This document shows, piece after piece, positions 47,143-57,700 of a DNA stretch of 64,000 nucleotides. The notes below the pieces were generated by a model. It searched no databases and was not told where the DNA came from. It was given only the letters and a program-made list of their open reading frames with translations. Both the position numbers and the translations under genes were made by a program. The DNA is from Pseudomonadota bacterium (GTDB lineage: Bacteria > Desulfobacterota > Binatia > Binatales > Binataceae). The DNA lies in NCBI GenBank assembly GCA_021324885.1, contig JAJPIF010000029.1, positions 1,078 through 65,077 of the forward strand, written 5' to 3'. The first letter of the stretch is position 1; each line of letters starts with the position of its first letter.

Positions 47143-49488
47143 TCATGTTTCCTGCGGCCAGCTCACAACGCGTCTTTCCTTGAGCGTTTCCTGCTCGCGG
47201 TCAGAATATCCCAGTTCACCCAAAATCTGACGAGTATGCTCACCGAGTATCGGCGGTGGTCCCTGTATATTTTGCGAAGTGCGCGAAAACCGGATGGTCT
47301 TTCCGAATTGGCGCAGCTTCGCGCCCAAATCGCCTTGCGGGTATTCGACCACGCGTCCAGTCTCCAACGCCCACGAGTCCATCAGATATTCGCGCCAGTA
47401 GCCACGGCGGCAGACTTCGCAGGGCACGCCCGCCTGGTCCAGGATGGTGAACCATTGCGCCGCCGTTCTTTGCCTGAAGATCGGCTCGAAGATCGCGCCC
47501 AACTCGTCGCGATGGTCCACGCGGCCGTGATGGCCGGAAAAGCGCGGGTTTTCGGCAAGCCGCGGCTGCTCCAACACCTCGCACAGCCGCCGCCAATGCT
47601 GCTCCGAGCAGGCCGCCACGCAAATCCATCCGTCTGCCGTTTCGTACAACCGATAGGTGGCGCTGGTGCCGCATTGGCTGCGGTCAAGCGTCGGACGCCG
47701 GCGCACATCGGACCGCTCGCTGATAAACGCGTCGGAGTTGTACCACAGTCCCGCATTGAGCAGCGAGCCGTCAACGAACTGACCTTCGCCGGTGCGGTCA
47801 CGATGGTAGATCGCCATCAGGGTCGCGATTGCCGACAGCGTCGCGCCGCCAATATCAACCGGGCCCGCCTGCACCCACAGGGGCGGATTGCCCTCGCCGC
47901 CGCCCATCTGCTCCATCCCGCACATCGCCTCGAAAAGCTGATCGTATCCGCCCATCCCGGCGCTCGGTCCGTGCGTTCCATAGGCGGCGCTGTGACAGTA
48001 AATCAGGTCGGGCTTGATCGCTCTCAGCGTCGCGTAGTCGATCTTGAGGCGCTCGGCGACGCCGGGGCGCTGATTATGATGCACAACGTCGCTTCGCCTG
48101 ATTAGCCGGTAGATGATCTCGAGCCCCTCGGGTTGTTTCAGATCCACCGCCAAATCGAGTTTGCCGCGCTGGCAGGCAAAAAAAGGCTGCGCCGGATAGC
48201 GCATCCGATCACCTTCGAGCCGCTCCACTTTGATTACCCGGGCGCCGAGGTCAGCCAGCAGCATCGGGCCGAATGGACCCGCGAGGTACTCGCCGAAATC
48301 GACCACGGTGATGTCAGCCAGCGGATGGCTGAGGGTTTTGCGCCGCGCTATCGGCGCCGATTCCCAGCGGCGGGAGGGAGCATGCGAAAGTTCAGCCAGG
48401 ATTTTCGCCGAATGCTCGCCCGGTTCGGGCGGCGGTCCTTTGATAGCGCCCGGCGACCTGGCAAATCGAATCGGAATTCCGATCTGTTTGACGCGTCCGC
48501 GATGCGGATCGTCGATCTCCGCCATCATCTCGTTGGCCAGCGTCTGCCCGTGCAGCAGCGCCTCCTCGGTCGAGATTACGCCCTCCACCGGCACGTCATG
48601 GCGGCGCAGGAGATCGATCCAATACTCGCGCGGACGCGTCTTGAAGACTTTGGCGGCTTCCCTGATGAATCTGCGGCGCTCTTCCACTGGTAGGATTCTG
48701 CTACCTTCCGGTGGCGGCAGATGCACGCCGAGCAGCTCCGCGATCACCCACAGGTTGCCGCGGTCGGTCATCATATGATGGAGCCAAAGCCCGTCGCCGC
48801 ATTCGTACAGGAACTGGGGAAACGGCTCGATGCTGTTCATCGCCTCGGCAAACGGCGGCGTCAGCTGGTCCGACCATTGCCAGAGCATGCAGGTGATGAT
48901 TGCGGTTCCGTCCAGCAGCGAGGTATCGACGAACTGGCCGCGGCCGTCAAACCGCCGCATCCGCAGCGCCGCGCAGATGCCGAGGACGGCGCACAACGCG
49001 GCGCCATGGCTGGGGAATGGGCAGTATAAAAACGTGGGACCGTCGCGGCGGATCCCCGGCTGCTGAAAATGAAGACCCAGCCGCGCCGCCACCAGGGCGT
49101 CAATCGCGGGTCGATCGCTCCACGGATGGTCCCAGCCGTAGCCGGTGATTCGGCAGTGCACCAGGTGCGCAAAGGCCGCCTCGATTTCGCCGGGCGCCAG
49201 ATTGAGGGCCGCAGCCTCGGAGGGCGAAAACGAGTCGAGCAGCACGTCGGCGCTGTCCAGCAAGCGATTGAGAATCGCGCGCTCGCCGCGGTCGGCCACG
49301 TCCAGGGTCAGACTGCGCTTGCTGCGGTTCCAGACGAAATAGCCCGGCTCGATTAGCCGGCAAGGATCGCCTCCGGGCGGTTCGACCTTGATCACATCGG
49401 CGCCCTGCTCCGCCATCAGCAGCGAGGTCAGCGCGCCCGCGATGCCCTGGGAAAGATCGATCACCCGGATGCCGTCGAAAATCGCCAT
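47143..49488 (-). CDS. Tandem-fused double CoA-transferase family III protein (781 aa)
   Basis: Two CaiB-like units (IRVIDLSQGIAGALTSLLMAEQGADVIKVE; ITVVDFGEYLAGPFGPMLLADLGARVIKVE). Confidence 0.85.
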   Translation of the reverse strand: MAIFDGIRVIDLSQGIAGALTSLLMAEQGADVIKVEPPGGDPCRLIEPGYFVWNRSKRSLTLDVADRGERAILNRLLDSADVLLDSFSPSEAAALNLAPGEIEAAFAHLVHCRITGYGWDHPWSDRPAIDALVAARLGLHFQQPGIRRDGPTFLYCPFPSHGAALCAVLGICAALRMRRFDGRGQFVDTSLLDGTAIITCMLWQWSDQLTPPFAEAMNSIEPFPQFLYECGDGLWLHHMMTDRGNLWVIAELLGVHLPPPEGSRILPVEERRRFIREAAKVFKTRPREYWIDLLRRHDVPVEGVISTEEALLHGQTLANEMMAEIDDPHRGRVKQIGIPIRFARSPGAIKGPPPEPGEHSAKILAELSHAPSRRWESAPIARRKTLSHPLADITVVDFGEYLAGPFGPMLLADLGARVIKVERLEGDRMRYPAQPFFACQRGKLDLAVDLKQPEGLEIIYRLIRRSDVVHHNQRPGVAERLKIDYATLRAIKPDLIYCHSAAYGTHGPSAGMGGYDQLFEAMCGMEQMGGGEGNPPLWVQAGPVDIGGATLSAIATLMAIYHRDRTGEGQFVDGSLLNAGLWYNSDAFISERSDVRRRPTLDRSQCGTSATYRLYETADGWICVAACSEQHWRRLCEVLEQPRLAENPRFSGHHGRVDHRDELGAIFEPIFRQRTAAQWFTILDQAGVPCEVCRRGYWREYLMDSWALETGRVVEYPQGDLGAKLRQFGKTIRFSRTSQNIQGPPPILGEHTRQILGELGYSDREQETLKERRVVSWPQET

Positions 49489-49509
49489 GATTCACCGCTT
49501 GCGGCGATT

Positions 49510-50457
49510 TCAACGCTTTTCGAAGGCAAAAAACAACTGCTCGGGGTCCTCGTATCCCAATTGGCGGGCGCAATGGCGGATCGCGTCGGTGTTGGATTGC
49601 AGGATCTCGAAGCGGCCCGCATCCATGATTCCGGGCAGATGGTCGCGCAGGCCTTCGACGGTGATGTCGGGGTCAACGACGCCGTAAGTCTGGCCGATGA
49701 ACATCCGCGCGATCCGGCCGCCGCCTGACACGATACATTCGCCGCTGATCGCGCAGTCCTCGTGCGCAAGGTAGCCGACGGCGACCGCAGCGCGCTCGGG
49801 TGGCAGATAGTTCACAAGAAAATCCTTCAGTGGCGAAGGCGGGAAAGCGCCAACTCCGCGGGTCGCGGCCGAGGGCGAGATCGCGTTGCATTTGATGCCG
49901 CACTCGGCGCCCTCCAGCGCCATCGCGCGGGTCAAGCCGAGGATCGCGGCCTTGGCCGCGCCGTACGCGCTGTTGCCAGGCAGCCCATAGACTGACGCCG
50001 AACTGGTGTTGACGATTCTGCCGTAGCGCGCCGCCTGCATGTGCGGCCACGCGGCCTGGCTGACCCATACCGTACCCATCAAGCTGACATCAACCAGCCG
50101 CCGGAACGTGTCGGCAGGGTATTGCGCGAACGGGCAGGAAAAGCCGTAGCCCGCATTGTTGACGACGATGTCGATGCGCCCGAAAGTGTGGATTGCTTTG
50201 TGCACCGCGGCGGCGGCGCCGTCCTGTTCGCCCACGCTGTGCGTATCGGCCACCGCGTCGCCGCCCGCCGCCTTGATCTCCTCGACCACGGCGCGCGCCG
50301 GCACATCCGACCTGCCGGTGCCATCCATCGCCGCACCGACATCGTTCACTACAACGCGGGCTCCGCGCTGGGCCAGCAGATGCGCATAGGCGCGCCCCAA
50401 ACCATTGCCGGCGCCGGTAACCAGCGCCACGCGGCCGTCGAAACGCATTTGATCCAT
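49510..50457 (-). CDS. SDR-family oxidoreductase (MFE-2-type 3-hydroxyacyl-CoA dehydrogenase-like)
   Basis: FDGRVALVTGAGNGLGRAYA Rossmann motif, YGAAK catalytic motif. Confidence 0.85.
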   Translation of the reverse strand: MDQMRFDGRVALVTGAGNGLGRAYAHLLAQRGARVVVNDVGAAMDGTGRSDVPARAVVEEIKAAGGDAVADTHSVGEQDGAAAAVHKAIHTFGRIDIVVNNAGYGFSCPFAQYPADTFRRLVDVSLMGTVWVSQAAWPHMQAARYGRIVNTSSASVYGLPGNSAYGAAKAAILGLTRAMALEGAECGIKCNAISPSAATRGVGAFPPSPLKDFLVNYLPPERAAVAVGYLAHEDCAISGECIVSGGGRIARMFIGQTYGVVDPDITVEGLRDHLPGIMDAGRFEILQSNTDAIRHCARQLGYEDPEQLFFAFEKR

Positions 50458-50931
50458 TTTGCTCGGCTTCCTCGATCGGTTGTCAAAAAGCCCCTTCATT
50501 GCAGCGAAGGTCACCGGCTGCTACTGCGCGACATTGCGGCCCCTGACTGTCCCCCGATGGATACATCACCAGGCCCGAGGCGATTGCTCCCGCCATGATA
50601 CCGGTTGGTAGAAAAATCCACACGGAGTCTAGCGGATGTTGGACAGCAAATAAAAACCGCCAGTCGCGGCCATCACGAAGCAACCGGAGGCTGCATCCAC
50701 GCGTTGGTCGCGATGATGAAGAAGAGCCACGATCCTGGCAGGGTGCGGAAAAAAGGAGATTATCCACTTGACAACTGGTCGGGTTCGATGTGTTCGACCC
50801 GGTAACGATGGAGACGGAACATCGGCGCGGCGACGACGTGCCCGCGTGGCTGCTCGATACGGACTACAACGGGCTCAGCTTCCATGTTTCGCAGGCGTTC
50901 TTTCCCCGCACCGGCGCATGGGAGAACCTGA

Positions 50932-51099
50932 AGCGGGCGCTGCGCGGCGTATATAGAAGATACGGTCTGGGACCATCTGGCGGGCGCTGCGAGCGCGCCG
51001 TTCGAGGCGGGCGAACACGGCCAGATCGCGGTCAAGGCGATCGACGACCGCGGCAACGAACTGACGGTGGTCAAGGACTTGAAGGATCTGCGAAAATAA
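50932..51099 (+). pseudogene. Possible C-terminal remnant of a DNA methyltransferase (...EHGQIAVKAIDDRGNELTVVKDLKDLRK*)
   Basis: ~55-codon open frame ending at TAA 51097-99 whose tail resembles the conserved IAVKVID-x-G-x-E C-terminus of N6/N4 DNA methyltransferases (from memory); no upstream body. Confidence 0.3.
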
Positions 51100-51113
51100 G
51101 CGCTGGGACGGCT

Positions 51114-51464
51114 ATGACGGAGCAAACCGATAGCGACCTGGTCGCGCGCGACGCGAAGCTGGGGGAGATCGTGCGCCGGCTGGCCGACGCTTACCATCCC
51201 CTTGCGATTTACCTGTTCGGCTCGAAAGCGCGCGGCGACGCCGGCCCTGATAGCGACTATGATTTGCTGGTAGTCGTGCCTGACGACGCTCCGGCCGAGC
51301 GGCGCCGCAGCCGACTCGCGTATGAGACTCTGTGGCGTTGCGGAGCGACGGGCGCGGTCGACGCCCTGGTCTGCACGCAGTCCTACTTTGACGCCCGGCG
51401 CCATCTTAAGGCGTCGCTGCCCGGAACCGTTCTGCGCGAGGGAAAACTGCTCTATGCCGCATGA
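51114..51464 (+). CDS. Nucleotidyltransferase (MNT-type antitoxin of HepT/MNT toxin-antitoxin pair)
   Basis: LFGSKARGDAGPDSDYDLLVV minimal nucleotidyltransferase motif; upstream part of the track ORF is non-coding extension. Confidence 0.8.
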   Translation: MTEQTDSDLVARDAKLGEIVRRLADAYHPLAIYLFGSKARGDAGPDSDYDLLVVVPDDAPAERRRSRLAYETLWRCGATGAVDALVCTQSYFDARRHLKASLPGTVLREGKLLYAA

Positions 51465-51867
51465 CCCGGCCCTAGTTGCGGATACGGCCGCCTGGCTGCG
51501 AAAGGCGGCAGAAGACCTCGCGATCGCGAAGGAATTGTTGAAGCCTGCAAAAGCTCTTTGCGGCGGTGCGGTGTTTCACTGCCAGCAGGCCGCCGAGAAG
51601 GCGTTGAAGGCGGTCCTGGTATGGCACGATGTGCCCTTCCGCAAGACCCACGACCTGAGAGAGCTGGGCAATGCTTGCATCAAGATCGAGGCAACCCTGA
51701 AAGATGCGATTGCCGACGCGATTCCGCTGACCGAGTACGCATGGAGGTTTCAATATCCGGGCGAGCCGGTGCAGCCCACAAAGCGCGAGGCGCGGGCCGC
51801 GTTGGCGGCGGCGCGCAATCTTTACGGCGCGGTCGTATCGCGCCTGCCGAAGGACGTAAAGCCGTGA
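51454..51867 (+). CDS. HEPN domain protein (HepT-like toxin partner)
   Basis: 11-nt overlap with MNT gene; CQQAAEKALKAVL ... RKTHDL HEPN-like region. Confidence 0.72.
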   Translation: MPHDPALVADTAAWLRKAAEDLAIAKELLKPAKALCGGAVFHCQQAAEKALKAVLVWHDVPFRKTHDLRELGNACIKIEATLKDAIADAIPLTEYAWRFQYPGEPVQPTKREARAALAAARNLYGAVVSRLPKDVKP

Positions 51868-51907
51868 ACTCCGAAAGGGGCCGAGTTAAAGGCGAGGGAG
51901 AAGTCGA

Positions 51908-52147
51908 ATGGAAGCGAAGCTGAGTTTCAGATACGACCGCGAGGCGGACATTCTGCACATCGACAAGTGTGCTCCGTATGCGGACCAGGAATCAGAGGAG
52001 CTTGGCGATGACGTGATCGCGCGACTGAATCCCACGAGCGGGGAGATCGAAACCCTGGAAGTCCTGTTTTTTTCGACGCGGCTGCTGCGTGATGATCTGT
52101 TCGAGCTTCCAGTGACAGCCGATTTGCGCCGCGTAATCGAGAGCTGA
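51908..52147 (+). CDS. DUF2283-family small protein
   Basis: LSFRYDREADILHI ... GEIETLEVL pattern of DUF2283. Confidence 0.55.
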   Translation: MEAKLSFRYDREADILHIDKCAPYADQESEELGDDVIARLNPTSGEIETLEVLFFSTRLLRDDLFELPVTADLRRVIES

Positions 52148-52465
52148 GCGCGACGATCGCGCCTCGCAGCACCGTTACTTGGCCTTCGTAACGATAGATG
52201 AGATTGCTTCGCTGCCGGAAAAGGGTGACCCAGAGCCGTGTTGTCTATTCGGGTATCCCGCGAATATGGCCGAGGTGCCTTGGTTCGCACAAAAGCGGCC
52301 CTTGCTTGAGTCGGCTTTCATTTTGACTCTTTCGAGCCCGCAATCGCGCCGTCAAGGGCACGCCACTGATGGCACGTTTGCTATCGAGCGGCCACCGCAT
52401 GATGGAGGTCGATGGGAATATGCGGTCGTCGCTAAACCGACCGACATCGGAACGGTTCTCAACGC

Positions 52466-52811
52466 CCTGGGCGGGATGCGACATTGACCTGCTCGGCCCC
52501 AGACCCCGTGCCTGCGCCACGACCCGGCCGAAAAACTCCCGCGCGACATCGTGCTTGACCAACCGGGCCCGGTTGCGCGCAAAGCTGCTGTGGTCGAAGC
52601 TCGGCTGGTCCAGACCCATATCCAGAAACCAGAGCAACGGCAGGTCGTAATTCAGTTGCTCGCAAGACAGCCGCTCGCTGCGCACCGTGTAAAATGCGAT
52701 CAGCAGCGCGGCTTTCAGCAGGCGCTCGGGCGGAATCGAAGGCCGCCCGGTCTTGCTGGCATCACTTTGAAAGGAAGAGGCGGACGGCCAACGCAAGGAG
52801 CAGAAGCGCAA
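52466..52811 (-). mobile_element. IS5-family transposase N-terminal remnant (InsH-N/DUF772-like), truncated
   Basis: GRPSIPPERLLKAALLIAFYTVRSERLSCEQLNYDLPLLWFLDMGLDQPSFDHSSFARNRARL matches IS5/IS1182 transposase N-terminus; no DDE domain follows; no inverted repeats identified. Confidence 0.6.
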
Positions 52812-53124
52812 ACAATCGGCGCAGGACGAGCCCGGAAAGCTGCGTCGCGACTACCGCGCCGAGGTAGGCGCCGATTGCCAGGCCCAGCGCCAGGAGCGTG
52901 GCGTATCGCCAATCAAGCGCTCCGTCGCGCCAGTAGACCCACGCGCCGAAGACGCCCACCGGCGGCAAAAGCGCGCCCAGTGACGTTCCGATCGCTGCTT
53001 TGGTCGGCATCCCGACCAGAAAAATGAGCGCCGGGACGATGATCACGCCTCCCGCCACGCCGAAGAAGCCACCGAGAATTCCCGCTATCAAGCCTATTAT
53101 CAGAACGAGCAGAAGGTCATTCAT
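52762..53124 (-). CDS. TauE/SafE (TSUP) family membrane protein, half-size/truncated (120 aa)
   Basis: GILGGFFGVAGGVIIVPALIFLVG motif; only one of the two usual repeats; 3' end abuts the transposase remnant. Confidence 0.55.
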   Translation of the reverse strand: MNDLLLVLIIGLIAGILGGFFGVAGGVIIVPALIFLVGMPTKAAIGTSLGALLPPVGVFGAWVYWRDGALDWRYATLLALGLAIGAYLGAVVATQLSGLVLRRLFALLLLALAVRLFLSK

Positions 53125-53521
53125 CGTTGCGCGCTCTTTATGTGCTGTAGCCCAGCTCGGGCAATGATTCGACGACGCGATCAGATTCAAGAACCATTGG
53201 CCGTCAAGTCCCTGACCCTTTATCGCCACAAGCCAGCCGCAGACGTTCGACACATACACTGTTCCTCCGACTATCACTGGTGACGATGGGCCGATGCTCC
53301 ACCGCAGTGCCTGCTCGCGAACAACTCACCATCCGATACACGGATCGCCGCCATATCGCCAGCTTTGTATAGTTATAGGCGACGGCTTTTTCGACGGCGG
53401 CGCCGGCTTCGGATCTCGGCTCCCAGGTGAGTTCGCCAAACCGTCCTGCCGGTTTTAAGATCGAAGCTGTAGTGGCCGCCCGACACCGGACTCCCCTCAA
53501 GCACTTGGCCGTCCGCTTCTT

Positions 53522-54676
53522 TCAGTTTGCGGCTTCGCTTGACGGCTGGCCGACAATCGAAAACCGCACCTGGGCGCCTTCGCGCAGATCGCTGCTGAAG
53601 GAAGAGACGACCAGATCAGCGGTCGTAAGGCCCGAGAGGATCTCGATTCGGTTCGGATCGGTAAGACCGGTGCGTACCGGCGCCTTTTCCAATCGTCCAT
53701 TTCTCACTAAAAAGACCGACGCGGATGCGCCCTGGCGATTTACCGCGCTGATTGGCAGCACCAGCGTGTCGCGATGCGAGACCAGGTCGAGCTTTACACG
53801 CGCGTACATCCGGGGGTAAAGCATACCGGTCGGATTATCTATATCGATCTCGGCCAGCATGGTCCGTGTTGTGAGGTCGAGAGCGCCGGCATAACGCACA
53901 ACGGAGCTCTTCACGACCATGCCCGGCACCTCGTCAAATGTCAGCGTGGCGGGTGTGCCGCGTCGGATGTAACGACACCACCTGCCGGGGACATAGACAT
54001 AAACCCGCAGCTTGTCCACCTTCGCGACCGTGAAAATCGGCCCTCCGCCAGTGCGGTGACCGCCGGCACCCTCGGTCGCGCCGGGAGAAATCAAGGCCGA
54101 GCTCTCGTCCACACCGATGTCTCCTCCCCCGGCGCGGACGAGAGCCCCGGGGTCGGCAAAGCGCCCGGTGACGATTCCATCGAAGGGTGCGAGAATGCGC
54201 GTATAACCGACCATTGTCTCCAGCGTATGGACCGAGGCCTGAGCCTGCCGGTATTTGAAGTAGGCGATGTCGACATCTTGCTGGGAAATCAGCCGTGAGT
54301 CTGACACCTGTACCCGCCTCAGGCGCTCATATGTGATCTTGTCGATCGCCAGCATGGCCTGAGCATGTCTCAGGTTGGAATGAAGTTCCGGGACCTCTAT
54401 CACTGCCAGAACCTGTCCGGATTTAACGCGGTCGCCTTTATCAACCAACACCGATTTAAGGTAGCCGGTCACCTTGGCATGCAGCGCGGCCTCATAAAAC
54501 CCGACCAGATCTCCGGGCAACTCGATACTCAGTGTCATCTCTCCCGTCTGCGGGTGGATCACATCGACAGCGGGTTCAGGCGCCGGCGCGTCGACGTTTC
54601 GACCCTGGCAGCCAGACGCGAGCAGCATCACGACCGCCAGACAGGCGGCTATTAACCTCCCTGGCTTGTTCACCAT
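53522..54676 (-). CDS. RND efflux membrane fusion protein (HlyD/AcrA family), lipoprotein
   Basis: Lipobox LLASGC; biotin-lipoyl-like and beta-barrel MFP regions. Confidence 0.88.
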   Translation of the reverse strand: MVNKPGRLIAACLAVVMLLASGCQGRNVDAPAPEPAVDVIHPQTGEMTLSIELPGDLVGFYEAALHAKVTGYLKSVLVDKGDRVKSGQVLAVIEVPELHSNLRHAQAMLAIDKITYERLRRVQVSDSRLISQQDVDIAYFKYRQAQASVHTLETMVGYTRILAPFDGIVTGRFADPGALVRAGGGDIGVDESSALISPGATEGAGGHRTGGGPIFTVAKVDKLRVYVYVPGRWCRYIRRGTPATLTFDEVPGMVVKSSVVRYAGALDLTTRTMLAEIDIDNPTGMLYPRMYARVKLDLVSHRDTLVLPISAVNRQGASASVFLVRNGRLEKAPVRTGLTDPNRIEILSGLTTADLVVSSFSSDLREGAQVRFSIVGQPSSEAAN

Positions 54677-54710
54677 ATTACCGTCGTTTCATACACAATC
54701 GTCGGACACA

Positions 54711-57700
54711 TCACGGTCTGGGGGCGGTCTCATGGCGCCCGCGCTTAAGCGAATAGAACAGCTCCCACACCGTCGGGACCAAAAACAGCGTCATCACGAG
54801 CGAGACGCTGAGTCCGCCGATCACCGACCGGGCCAAAGGCGCCGAGGCCGCGGAGCCAGCCTCAAGTTTCATGGCGAGCGGCGCAAGACCCGCGATTGTG
54901 GCCAGCGATGTCATCAGGATCGGCCGCATCCTGATGCGCGCCGCCTCAACCGCGGCGTCGCGCAGATTATGGCCGGCAAGCCGGCGCTGGTTGGCGAAGT
55001 CGATCAGCAGGATCGCGTTGGACACCACAATCCCGATCATGACGATGACGCCCATCATCGATTCGATGTTGATGGTGGTTCTGGTGGCCCAGAGCATCCA
55101 CACAACGCCGATCAGCCCCATCGGCACCGAAAAAAGAAAGATAAACGGGTCTAACCATGAGCGGGCCTGCGCCACGCCAACCAGATAGACGACCACCACC
55201 GCGAGCAAAAATCCGCCTTCCATGCTTTTGAAGGTCTTCTGCATGTTGACCACGGAACCGCGAAAGTAGACCTTCACATTGCGCGGCGGCCGCAGCTCTT
55301 TCAGCGCGCGCATGACCGCATCCAGAGTGCCGCCGAGATCACTGGTGCGGGGCGAGATCAACACATCCACGACTCGCTGTATGTTGTAGTGGTCGGCCTC
55401 GGAGGGGTAACGCATCTCCTGAACGTTGGCAACGTCTCCCAGAAGAATAGACTGCTCGTGCCCTGAGGCTGTATCCGATCTTGGGCGCGCAGTGCTGTAG
55501 TTGTAGTCGTGATAATTCGAACCCATGCGAGTGCCCACCGGAATATCAAGCAGCGTCTGGAACGAGTCGATGTTTTCCTCGGCGTATTGGGCGCTCAGGT
55601 AGTAATCATCACCGTTGCGAGGATCGATCCAGATAGAGGGCTGAATCATGTCATTGCTGTTAATCGCGGTGATCAGGTTCCTGATCACGGAGCGCTCCGT
55701 AATACCCAGGCGCGCGGCCTTGGTTCGGTCCACGTTGATGTACATAGTGGGATAGTCGGCCACCTGCTTGATCATCATCTGACCGACCTCGCGCACCGAT
55801 CCGAGTCGTGTTTCGATCCGACGCGCGAAATCGAACATCGGCAGGAAGTCCTCGCTCATCGGCGCGCTCAGCTGAACGTCGATCGGAGCCAGCGCGCCGA
55901 AGTCGAGCACCGCATCGATGATGCTGCCCGAGCTGAAGAAAGTCTTCACACTCGGTAATTGGCGCGCAATAGCTGCTCGCACCGCTCTTTCGTAATAGTC
56001 CGTGGATCGTTGATGTCCGCTGCGAAGGGCTACCATAATCTGGCCGGTATCCTCGCCGGAGTTGGGTGTATAGAGCGCGGAAATGTTCGGTACCACACCC
56101 AGGTTGGCGATGACGTTTTCCAAGTCTCCGGGAGGAATGACCTTGTGTATAATCTGGTTGATCTTATCGGCTGCGGCTTCCGTAAGCTCAAGCCGCGTTC
56201 CGACCGGGGTCGTGATGTTTATCACGAACTTGCCGGCGTCGGTCTCGGGGAACATCCTGGTCCCCAGCAGCGGGAACATGAACATCGAGGCAATAAAGAG
56301 CGCCAGCGCTCCGCCGATAACGGCGAGCTTGTGGTCCATTGCCCGGTTGAGAACCTGGGCGAAGCGCCTGGCGAAGCGTTCATAGCCGCGGTCGAAAGCG
56401 GCCAATGGTCCGCGCCGGTCGTCAACACCCGTGGCCTCACGCTGTGCAGCTTGACGCGCTTCTTCCGGATTAAGCAGGCGCGCACAGTAGATCGGGATAA
56501 TGGACATCGAAACCACGTAAGAGGCGGCCATCGAAAAGAACACGGCCAGCGCCAGGGCGCTGAAAAGATATTTACTGACGCCGTACAGAAACACCACCGG
56601 CAGAAAAACCACGATCGTGCTGATGGTCGAGGCGAGCACCGCATAGGTTACTTCCTCAGCTCCTTCCGCCGCTGCCTGCTGAGGTTCCTTGCCCATCGCG
56701 AGATGACGGTTGATGTTCTCCAGCACCACGGTGGAGTCGTCGATCAGACGGCCAATCGCCAGGGTGAAGCCGCCGAGCGTCATCAGATTGATGGTTTGGC
56801 CAGACAGCGACAGACCGACCACACCCGCCAGAATCGACAGCGGTATCGAAAGAAAGATGGCGAAGGTGGAGCGCAGGCTCCCAAGAAAGATCAGGATCAT
56901 CAGCGAGGCCAGCAATGCCCCGGATGCGGCCTCATGTTCGAGCGCGTGCACGGCGTCCAGGATTGTTCCCTCCTGGCTGAACAACGTTCCCACCTTCATT
57001 TTCGCCGGCAATCCCGTCACTTCACTGACCGCGCGCTTGACGCCGTTGATGACATCCAGCGTATTCGCTCCGGTTTGCTTGAAGATCGGGATATAGACGG
57101 AAGGTTTTCCGTCTATCAGTACCTTGTTGTATTGAATCTGTGCCGCGTTCTCGGCCTGTCCCACATCTCCAAAGAACGTCGGACTCTGACTGGGGCCGAG
57201 TTTGATCGGCACGTGATTGAGCGCTTCGGGCGTGGGGATCTGCGCGTTCGAGTAGATGTACCAGTCGTAGGGACCGATCTTCGCGTCGCCGGATGGAAGT
57301 ATCTGATTGGTTTCATTCACCGCATTTACAACATCCTCCAGGGTGATTCCCTGAGCCTGAAGCTTCTGCCGATCCACGTATGCCATGATCTGGCGAATCT
57401 TGCCGCCAAACGGGTACGGCACCGACGCGCCTTCCACGGTGGCCATGAAATTGCGCACGTTGTAGCGCCCTTCATTCTGCAGCTCGGTCTCGTCGTAGGG
57501 ACCGGAGACGGTAACCAGAATCACAGGGATGGATGAGGAGGCGTTGTATTCCAGCACCAGCGGCGGCAGCGTCCCTGGCGGCATCAGCCCGAGATCGCCC
57601 ATCGCGAGCGTGGCCAGGTTGGCGGCCCCAACGCCAATGTTGACGTTGGGATGAAAGTACACGGTGATTGCGCTGACTCCGGGGATCGAGCGCGACTCGA

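Noticed and set aside
50790-51113. N-terminal ~108 aa extension of the MNT ORF in the track (ORF 50790..51464)
   Set aside because: Extension is Arg/Gly-rich and unlike protein sequence; the nucleotidyltransferase domain begins at ATG 51114, and a different frame in this region carries the methyltransferase-like stub.
52179-52487. 102-aa + strand ORF between DUF2283 and the transposase remnant
   Set aside because: It might be a real orphan gene of the islet, but no family resemblance, no clear RBS, and it overlaps the decayed region; left uncalled.
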